In this document: one piece after another, positions 1 to 7,872 of the stretch
How positions within the stretch are numbered: the first letter of the stretch is position 1
How the letters are laid out: each line of letters opens with the position of its first letter
NCBI GenBank assembly: GCA_964346405.1
Contig: CAYFVL010000002.1
Span: forward strand, 1-60,489
Reading direction: 5' to 3'
From: an uncultured Fibrobacterota bacterium
GTDB taxonomy: Bacteria > Fibrobacterota > Chitinivibrionia > Chitinivibrionales > CAYFVL01
Length of the DNA: 60,489 nt
Translations under genes and position numbers: made by a program
Notes under the pieces: generated by a model
Told to the model about the DNA's origin: nothing
The model's input: the letters and a program-made list of their open reading frames with translations, nothing else
Databases searched by the model: none

Positions 1-2154
1 GGGGCGGGACATATTTGTTTTGAATGTCGAATCGCGGCGAATCCAGCACGAGCCACGCGCAAACCAATTTATGTTGCGCCCCTTCAGGGCTAAGGGTCCA
101 TTTTGCCGGAATTTTACCCAGGCCTTCAGCCTGGGCTGGTATGTCAGAGCCCTTCAGGCCTTTTCGAAAGCCCCTCCATCAGCCCTGAAAGGGCGCAACA
201 TACCAGCCTGGGCTGAAGGCCCAGGAAGAACAATGCCACGCTATTCCCAGCCCTGAAGGGGCCGGATATACTTGTTTTTGCACGCCAAATCGCGACGAAT
301 CGATTACGCGCACGCGCAAACCAATTTATGTTGCGCCCCTTCAGGGCTAAGGGTCCATTTTGCCGGAATTTTACCCAGGCCTTCAGCCTGGGCTGAAGGC
401 CCAGGAAGAACAATGCCACGCCATCCCCAGCCCTGAAGGGGCCGGATATACTTGTTTTTGCACGCCAAATCGCGACGAATCGATTACGCGCACGCGCAAA
501 CCAATTTATGTTGCGCCCCTTCAGGGCTAAGGGTCCATTTTGCCGGGATTTTACCCAGGCCTTCAGCCTGGGCTGGTATGTCAGAGCCCTTCAGGCCCTT
601 TTCGAAAGCGCCGCCATCAGCCCTGAAGGGGCGCAACATACCAGCCTGGGCTGAAGGCCCAGGAAGAACAATGCCACGCCATCCCCAGCCCTGAAGGGGC
701 CGGATATACTTGTTTTTGCACGCCAAATCGCGACGAATCGATTACGCGCACGCGCAAACCAATTTATGTTGCGCCCCTTCAGGGCTAAGGGTCCATTTTG
801 CCGGGATTTTACCCAGGCCTTCAGCCTGGGCTAGTATGTCGGGGCCCTTCAGGCCCTATTTGAAAGCGCCATCCCCAGCCCTGAAGGGGCGCCACATACC
901 AGCCTGGGCAGAAGGCCCGGGAAGGACAATGCCACGCAATCTTCAGCCCTGAAGGGGCGCCACATATTTGTTTTTGAACGACGAATCGCGACGAATCGAT
1001 TACGCGCACGGGCAAACCAATTTATGTTGCGCCCCTTCAGGGCTAAGGGTCCATTTTGCCGGGATTTTACCCAGGCCTTCAGCCTGGGCTGGTATGTCAG
1101 AGCCCTTCAGGCCCTTTTCGAAAGCCCCTCCATCAGCCCTGAAGGGGCGGGACATATTTGTTTTGAATGTCGAATCGCGGCGAATCCAGCACGAGCCACG
1201 CGCAAACCAATTTATGTTGCGCCCCTTCAGGGCTAAGGGTCCATTTTGCCGGGATTTTACCCAGGCCTTCAGCCTGGGCTGGTATGTCAGAGCCCTTCAG
1301 GCCCTTTTCGAAAGCCCCTCCATCAGCCCTGAAGGGGCGCAACATACCAGCCTGGGCTGAAGGCCCAGGAAGAACAATGCCACGCCATCCCCAGCCCTGA
1401 AGGGGCCGGACATATTTGTTTTTGAACGACGAATCGCGACGAATCGATTACGCGCACGGGCAAACCAATTTATGTTGCGCCCATTCAGGGCTAAGGGTCC
1501 ATTTTGCCGGGATTTTACCCAGGCTTTCAGCCTGGGCTGGTATGTCAGAGCCCTTCAGGCCCTTTTCGAAAGCGCCGCCATCAGCCCTGAAGGGGCGCAA
1601 CATACCAGCCTGGGCTGAAGGCCCAGGAAGAACAATGCCACTCATTCTTCAGCCCTGAAGGGGCGGGACATATTTGTTTTTGCACGCCGAATCGATTACG
1701 CGCCACGGGCAGACCAATTTATGTTGCGCCCCTTCAGGGCTGATGTTGCGTTTTACCGGGATTTTACCCAGGCCTTCAGCCTGGGCTGGTATGTCGGGGC
1801 CCTTCAGGCCCTATTCGAAAGCGCCATCCCCAGCCCTGAAGGGGCGCAACATACCAGCCTGGGCTGAAGGCCCAGGACGAACAATGCCACGCAATCTCCA
1901 GCCCTGAAGGGGCGGGACATATTTGTTTTTGAACGACGAATCGGGGCGAATCGATTACGCGCCACGGGCAAACCAATTTATGTTGCGCCCATTCAGGGCT
2001 AAGGTTGCGTGTTGCCGGGATTCTACCCGGGCCTTCAGCCCGGGCTGGTATGTCAGAGCCCTTCAGGCCCTTTTCGAAAGCGCTGCCCCCAGCCCTGAAA
2101 GGGCGCAAGATACCAGCCTGGGCTGAAGGCCCAGGAAGAACAATGCCACGCCAT
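1..2154. repeat. Satellite-like tandem array of nine units of about 258 bp, truncated by the window edge
   Basis: Units begin at the GGGG of CCCTGAAGGGG, at 1, 258, 438, 696, 954, 1144, 1402, 1660 and 1909. Seven units are 246-258 bp and two are internally deleted (180 and 190 bp). Each full unit carries long inverted repeats, for example ATGTTGCGCCCCTTCAGGGCT at 508-528 and its exact reverse complement at 619-639. Confidence 0.95.
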
Positions 2155-2194
2155 CCGCTCGGTACGGCGTCTCTCGACTGCGAGACCTGGGCTA
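2155..2194. repeat. Terminal fragment of MITE family 1, directly abutting the tandem array
   Basis: CCGCTCGGTACGGCGTCTCTCGACTGCGAGACCTGGGCTA matches the right ends of the copies ending at 37783 and 44900. Confidence 0.8.
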
Positions 2195-2279
2195 ATAAGC
2201 TGAGCGGTTTCCTTGCTCAGAATCGCTCAAATCAGGTTTCAGTTACTTTTTGTTGAAAGTCGTTCGACAAGCGAGCAAC

Positions 2280-3725
2280 TTATCGGGACGGTCGAGTGGT
2301 GGTTCGCCGCTCGAAAAGAGCACCCGGAACAGAAAATGGGTTGTGCACCAATTCAGGAGTGCTTAGCCAGCGTAAAGCTGCCTGGGCCATATCGAAGAAT
2401 CCAATGTCGTAGGACGTCATGCCGATCTGTGCGGCATCCGGTGTGTTGTCAAAACCCAGTACGGATATTTGTGAAGGTACTTTGATACGGTTTTCGGAAA
2501 GAAATACCATTCCGAGCAGAGCGACTTCATCGACCATTCCGACCCATGCCGTGATACTTCGGTCTTCAAGGGCTCTGCGAAACTGAGGTAAGAGCAATGA
2601 ATATCGTTTACAGTAGTGCCTTATATCGTCAATCACTTTTAGCCGTGTACCGAGAAACTCCGCAAGGTCGACACTCACGGAGCGTACGACTCTCGTAAAC
2701 GCCGCGCGGGCCGATTTCATCTCCGACTCGGAAACAAACGACGCCTGATCAGGTTCGAAAAGGACCGCCTTTCGAACCCCATCGCCGGCTGAAGGGAAAA
2801 TCTCACCGATTCCCTGGAGCCGCAGTTCGCTCCAGCTATTTCTGCTGATTCTTTCATCGTGGAACACCGCAATCCGTTCGTGACCGAGATTACTCAGATG
2901 GTTTGCGGCATTCAGCCCACACTGTCTGTTATCGGGCGTCACAACTATCAGCTTTCGAAGGTCTCTGAATTGTATGTTCGTATGCCGCTGGGAAAGGTCA
3001 ATACATGCTTTGGGCTGCGTCGGATATGTACGAATGAAATCTTCGAGCCAATTGTGCGGTTCGCGCGAGATACATATGCAAGAACCGCACGAGTTCATCT
3101 TCTCCGGGGTAACGGTGTTCACCGGAACAATTTCGGGCGAACGCCGGCCCGAAAGGCGGAACCCGATATCTATTGTCTGCAGGATAGTGCTAATACTCAC
3201 GTTCTCTTTGGAGGCGTACTTCTGATCGATTATTATGTAGTTGCGGGTCGTCTGTCGGATCTGCGATTGAGGCGCGGCATTATGGTATCTTTTGCCTTTT
3301 CGTACCAGGAACCCTTTGGCCGTAAGATACGCAAGCGCTTTGTGCGCGGTACGGTACGAACATTCGTATTCGGCGCTAATCTCGGCAATAGAGCGAATCG
3401 AATATTTGTCATCCATGGAGCCCGTTACCATGCAAGTCTTCAATTCATCTGCAATGTCTTGCCAGGCTTTCCGAGCACGTTGAGAAATCGTGCCGACATT
3501 CTCTTCGCCAAGTTTGGATGAACCTGACGACACTCGATAGCCGGCGCGTGCGCCGATTCTGACGACCAATCCCTTTTCGACCAGTACATCCAGAGCCCGA
3601 CAAATGGTTTTCTGCGAAGCGCCGAAATGGTCGGCCAGAACTCGGACCGGCGGCAGCGCTCCTACGGGTGAAAGAAAAGAAGCAAGCTCCGATTGCAGTG
3701 CTTCTGCAATCTCTTTGTGTCGCAT
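2280..3725 (-). CDS. Transcriptional regulator with two GntR-like winged-HTH modules and a LacI/PBP1-type sugar-binding domain (paralog 1 of 5)
   Basis: 481-aa ORF. HTH-like segments are VRVLADHFGASQKTICRALDVLVEKGLVV and SIRSIAEISAEYECSYRTAHKALAYLTAKGFLV. The C-terminal LacI-type signature is VPSQISVLGFDN. Its start lies 1 nt downstream of the stop of the upstream GH gene. Confidence 0.75.
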   Translation of the reverse strand: MRHKEIAEALQSELASFLSPVGALPPVRVLADHFGASQKTICRALDVLVEKGLVVRIGARAGYRVSSGSSKLGEENVGTISQRARKAWQDIADELKTCMVTGSMDDKYSIRSIAEISAEYECSYRTAHKALAYLTAKGFLVRKGKRYHNAAPQSQIRQTTRNYIIIDQKYASKENVSISTILQTIDIGFRLSGRRSPEIVPVNTVTPEKMNSCGSCICISREPHNWLEDFIRTYPTQPKACIDLSQRHTNIQFRDLRKLIVVTPDNRQCGLNAANHLSNLGHERIAVFHDERISRNSWSELRLQGIGEIFPSAGDGVRKAVLFEPDQASFVSESEMKSARAAFTRVVRSVSVDLAEFLGTRLKVIDDIRHYCKRYSLLLPQFRRALEDRSITAWVGMVDEVALLGMVFLSENRIKVPSQISVLGFDNTPDAAQIGMTSYDIGFFDMAQAALRWLSTPELVHNPFSVPGALFERRTTTRPSR

Positions 3726-3726
3726 T

Positions 3727-5316
3727 TTACCGTCTCAGGATTACCGGTTGAACAGGCGAATCATCACGATTGTCCGTTGCGGTTTCTTTGGTGTTCGGGT
3801 ACGCTACGATGTTGTAATCGTATGCTTTGTCTCTATATACTATCTTCAAGGTAAGATCGCCGTCACTTCGTACCTCAAGAGGCCGTTTGCCGTCTGCATT
3901 TTTCTCTTGAAGCACGAGGTCGACGGTCCGGCCGCCAAACCGGTAATTAACAACCCCGAGTTCCTTCTCCGAGCTTATGTTCCAGACGATAGTGTTTTTC
4001 GAAGCATTGGCTTGTAATCCTATCGCATATTCGAGAAAGTAGGCAATCGGAGCGATTCCGGTCCACCCAACAAAATCTCTGCGCGACGGGCGTCCACGAA
4101 TTACCTGGTCGGGAGCATAATTCTCCCAGAAAGTACCCGTCTCCTTGTATATGCGATTCACGCACTCCAGATGATTCAGGGCGATCTCACGCGCCGTTTT
4201 GAAAAAGCCGTACTTCTCGAGTCCCTTGACCACCATCGTATTTGTTGGAGCCCATACTGCTCCTTTCCAGTATCCTCCCTCGGGAGTAAATGCGTCATCG
4301 GTTCCGGCCAGGGTGGGAACCCGGTGCTGCCGGTTAAACGTGTCTTCGTTATTAAGCTCCATTTCCAGGTAGCCCGCCTTTTCCGAATCCGCAACGCCCG
4401 CAATAAGCGGCCAGAATCCGGCGATCGTTTTGCAGCTACCCAGTTCGTCGTCGGAGGAGAGATCGTAATAGAAATTAGCCGTATTGCTCCACATCTTTTC
4501 ATTTATCAGGGCGGCCAGTGCGTCGGCCTCTGCCAGATACTCAGCGGCTTCACCGGCCCTTCCGGTTAATTGTGCAATCTGAGCCAGATCTCGCGCGAAC
4601 AGTACCATCTCGGACGATATATCGATTCCCGTTCCACCGCCCTTAAGAATCCTGTTTCGCGGTGAGTTATCCATGGAGGCCCAGTCCGTGATATACAAGC
4701 CATTACCTTGTCGTAAATACTTCCGAAGCGCTTCGTAATACCGCACGAGTGGTGTTCGGATTTTCTCAAGTCGTGCCGTATCTCCGGTCAATGCATAACT
4801 CGTCAATTCGGCCCAACTCAAAATCGGATGATTCAAAGCATCGAGCGTGAGCCGGGGAGGAGGAGTCGGTGCTTCGCATTCTCTATAGTTTACCGGCATT
4901 TTGTCTCCGCGGTAGTTTGTACCGTACCGGCTGAACAGGGCGTCACCTTCCGTATTGGTCCATCGTGGATCGTCATTTCCGTTGATTCGGCTGATTTGTC
5001 GGCATATTTCACCGGTTGCGTGCTGCTTTGCATAAAAATTGTCCAATCCGACGATTCCGGGACTGAACGGCATACCATAATTTGCGAACATTGAGATAAA
5101 TGACATATCCCAAAGAAAAATGGAATCATTGAACGCGGCGTCCACAAACGGCGAAACAAAACCGGCCTCGGGGCTTGGGACGTACGTGTTTTTGAACGCC
5201 AGTTCCCATGCTTTCCAATAGGATTCCACATAATCCGGTTTTTCATTATATACAGGTGCGGGCAGACTGTTCCGAACGTCCTCAAACGCAGGAGCCGTCG
5301 TATTCATTTTTTCCAT
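3727..5316 (-). CDS. Six-hairpin (alpha/alpha)6 glycoside hydrolase, GH63/GH37/MGH1-like, no signal peptide
   Basis: 529-aa ORF with motifs typical of trehalase/GH63-type barrels: GGYWKGAVWAPTNTMVVKGL, TFWENYAP, ITDWASMDNSPRN. Confidence 0.55.
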   Translation of the reverse strand: MEKMNTTAPAFEDVRNSLPAPVYNEKPDYVESYWKAWELAFKNTYVPSPEAGFVSPFVDAAFNDSIFLWDMSFISMFANYGMPFSPGIVGLDNFYAKQHATGEICRQISRINGNDDPRWTNTEGDALFSRYGTNYRGDKMPVNYRECEAPTPPPRLTLDALNHPILSWAELTSYALTGDTARLEKIRTPLVRYYEALRKYLRQGNGLYITDWASMDNSPRNRILKGGGTGIDISSEMVLFARDLAQIAQLTGRAGEAAEYLAEADALAALINEKMWSNTANFYYDLSSDDELGSCKTIAGFWPLIAGVADSEKAGYLEMELNNEDTFNRQHRVPTLAGTDDAFTPEGGYWKGAVWAPTNTMVVKGLEKYGFFKTAREIALNHLECVNRIYKETGTFWENYAPDQVIRGRPSRRDFVGWTGIAPIAYFLEYAIGLQANASKNTIVWNISSEKELGVVNYRFGGRTVDLVLQEKNADGKRPLEVRSDGDLTLKIVYRDKAYDYNIVAYPNTKETATDNRDDSPVQPVILRR

Positions 5317-5406
5317 AGTTCTTCCTCTGCTGATCTGATTTCAAACTATTTGTCCGACACACGCGTTTTGCTTCATCAAGCTCAGCGCGCCTACTATTTT
5401 ACAACA

Positions 5407-5477
5407 ATCTTTCTCCGACCGACCTCGCGTCCATCAGCCGTGAGCTGCACGAAATAGACACCCGCGGCGCCGGCCTC
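5407..5477 (-). repeat. Orphan 71-bp exact copy of the 3' coding end (T9SS tail) of the gene at 7873-10758
   Basis: Identical to 7886-7956. On the minus strand it reads AFLAEAGAAGVYFVQLTADGREVGRRKIVVK-stop, and an in-frame TGA lies immediately upstream. Confidence 0.9.
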
Positions 5478-5614
5478 TGCGAGGAATGCTCATGAACAAT
5501 CAAGCGTTTTGGGCTGCATCGGCAGCAAGATCACTGAGAGCGAATAATGCGGCGAAAGAGTGCTGCACCTGCGTCGGCAACGAGGTGCCGTATTCGTTTC
5601 TGCCTGAAAGACGC

Positions 5615-7840
5615 TCAGGTGGGCTTTATCGTAATAGTGTCGCCTTCGCCCAGGATCCGGAAAACCGTACCTTCTCCGGCGCGCAGAAGCTCGATGCCGT
5701 TTCGAGAAAAACTGATCCATTCGATAGCGCCGCCTTTTATGCTTGCCGATACGCTTATGCCTTTTTGGGCGCGAATGCCATGGAAAACGACATCTTTCCA
5801 TTCAGCCGGCAATGCCGGGAAAACCTTGATACTATCATCATGCGATTGAACCAGCATAGTAGCGAGGGCAAGAATAAACGATGTGTAATTGGTGGAAAAA
5901 TAGGGTTTTTTGTTGCGCGGGTTTTCGTTTAAAGTCGTACGCGATTGATCAAGACAGGCGAGGTTGTGGCGCAACGATTCCAACGCTCCGGCGGCATCGC
6001 CCAAACCCGCGAACGACAGCGAATACCAGTTTGCAATAAAGCCGATCATTTGAGCGCCGCGACCGTTTCGCTCCCAGCCGTCGCGAAGCGTCGCCAGGGC
6101 GCGTTTGGCATTGAGCGTACGAATCATTTCGGGCCAGGGAAACCCGAGGTAAACGGGGCCGCGAATGCCAAAATAGTCTCCGCCTTTGCGCTCCCGCTTG
6201 TCGCCCAGGTACTCGAGATAGAATTTTCCGTTGTGAGGCAGATAAAGCTCCTGAGAGATTTCATGCCATTGTTCCGCGAGGTCATTGTCACAACCAAGCT
6301 GCTTAGCGTATCGTGCGGCGACTTCAAGACTACCCCGTGCGGAAAGGGTCGCATCCAGAATGCAGCGTTCCGATAGATTTTCGGATACCGAATGAAGAAC
6401 CGGCAGCGTATAGGCATTGAGCGATTCGTCCCATTCCACGATCGCGCGCCAGAATTCGGCAATTCCTTTGATTGCGGGATAGGCATATTGATACAAAAAA
6501 ACCGGATCCCGATAATAGAAGGCTAGACGATGAAACATCGCGGCGGTGAATCCATCGATGCCCCTCTGATGAGCCCGCCGCATGCGGCAGTTACCGTGCA
6601 AACCAATCTGATGTGCAAAGCTTAGCGGGCTGCTATCGTCAAGTATGCCGCCACAACACTCGCCTCTTGCATAACGCTCGAAATGTCGGTCGGGATTAGA
6701 TGGTTGTTGTTCATCGCCGCTGCTGGTGGGGGTAAAGAAAGCTTGCGTATCACCGCTTTTTATAGCTTGGATGTAGGTCTTGGCATTGTGTCGCAGTGCG
6801 GAAGATTTGAAATGCTCGCGTGCCATTTTATGGGCTAGATTATCATGTCCCAGAATCGCATACGCAAAGACGCTCCAACCGGCGCCGCCATAGGTATAAG
6901 GAATCATGCGCCAGCAGTCATGGGCGAACTGCGCCTCCCCGGGGAGGAATCTGTCGGCGCCGCAGGTACAGAATGTCCAATAAACGGAACGGTAAAAAAG
7001 CGACTCCAGCTCTTTGTCTGGGATATCGATGGCCGCGGTTTGCTTCCAGAGCTTTTGCCGGGCGCAGATACTCGCAAGTGATAAAAACTCGAAATCCTGG
7101 CTTGCGGCAATCGAATTTTCACAGCGGCTTGGAAAATCCTCACCACACCAATGCGTATGCATGGAGAATAGGACGGTCAGCGGCGAGTTTTTATCAGTTA
7201 CGAAATTAAAGGTGTACTCGCCGCATTGTTCGATCGCTTGATTTACGCGAATGATATACATGCACCGCGTGAAAGCATTTTCGCTGCTGCATGCATAAAT
7301 AGTATAGGGATCCGGGTGAAATATCTTCAGTTCAGGCAACCCCTTCCTCTCAAAAACCGGTATATGCAGTTTACCCTTGCCGCTTTTGCTGCATTGTAAC
7401 CGCAGCGCCAGCAGGCGTTTTTCGGCGGCGGAGAAGAAGACTTTGCATTCGTAACGTGCGCCGTTTTCCCCCTGCATGTGCGTCTCTGCAATACCGGTTG
7501 CAATATCAAGCTGTTGCCGGTACTGCGAATGACCGTTTTGCGGCAAATCTGCGCATTCAAGCGCAAATCCTTTCAGGGGCATCCGTATTTCCTGCGTTTG
7601 CCAAAGGTCGGAAAACCATAACGAGGGAAACCCCAACCCGTCACCATTCAAGAGACCGCCCATTTCAGTATTTCCCATAAGCAGCGGCAGGTCAGTTTCC
7701 TTCAGTTCGTTTCTTTCAAATGCATAGCATGCAAGCTTTGCCCGGAGCAGGTCATTTTTAGTACGATGCAACTGCTTTCCTCTCTGTATTTGGCTTGGGA
7801 ATACTGAAAATGAGAATGCATGGGGTTTCTGGAACCCCAT
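5615..7840 (-). CDS. GH95-like (alpha/alpha)6 glycoside hydrolase (fucosidase/galactosidase-type fold)
   Basis: 741-aa ORF. The C-terminal signature IKVFPALPAEWKDVVFHGIRAQKGISVSASIKGG resembles the conserved GH95 end (LLPALP..W..G.V.GLRARGG). An SVSEN segment resembles the GH95 SPE motif. Confidence 0.5.
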   Translation of the reverse strand: MGFQKPHAFSFSVFPSQIQRGKQLHRTKNDLLRAKLACYAFERNELKETDLPLLMGNTEMGGLLNGDGLGFPSLWFSDLWQTQEIRMPLKGFALECADLPQNGHSQYRQQLDIATGIAETHMQGENGARYECKVFFSAAEKRLLALRLQCSKSGKGKLHIPVFERKGLPELKIFHPDPYTIYACSSENAFTRCMYIIRVNQAIEQCGEYTFNFVTDKNSPLTVLFSMHTHWCGEDFPSRCENSIAASQDFEFLSLASICARQKLWKQTAAIDIPDKELESLFYRSVYWTFCTCGADRFLPGEAQFAHDCWRMIPYTYGGAGWSVFAYAILGHDNLAHKMAREHFKSSALRHNAKTYIQAIKSGDTQAFFTPTSSGDEQQPSNPDRHFERYARGECCGGILDDSSPLSFAHQIGLHGNCRMRRAHQRGIDGFTAAMFHRLAFYYRDPVFLYQYAYPAIKGIAEFWRAIVEWDESLNAYTLPVLHSVSENLSERCILDATLSARGSLEVAARYAKQLGCDNDLAEQWHEISQELYLPHNGKFYLEYLGDKRERKGGDYFGIRGPVYLGFPWPEMIRTLNAKRALATLRDGWERNGRGAQMIGFIANWYSLSFAGLGDAAGALESLRHNLACLDQSRTTLNENPRNKKPYFSTNYTSFILALATMLVQSHDDSIKVFPALPAEWKDVVFHGIRAQKGISVSASIKGGAIEWISFSRNGIELLRAGEGTVFRILGEGDTITIKPT

Positions 7841-7872
7841 GCAGTACTCGTATTACAGGAAAGTGTGATTTG

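Noticed and set aside
1-2154. CRISPR array or protein-coding repeats in the tandem array. ORFs of ~80 aa recur in every unit on both strands.
   Set aside because: There are no unique spacers between repeats, and the ~258-bp units are far longer than CRISPR repeats. The ORFs occur symmetrically on both strands because the DNA is palindromic, have Pro/Arg/Ala-rich low-complexity composition, and most begin at non-ATG codons.
5478-5614. A frameshifted but otherwise intact T9SS domain linking the GH95-like ORF to the 71-bp tail fragment.
   Set aside because: None of the three frames between 5478 and 5614 gives sorting-domain-like sequence, and all three contain stops. Only the terminal 71 bp is recognisable.
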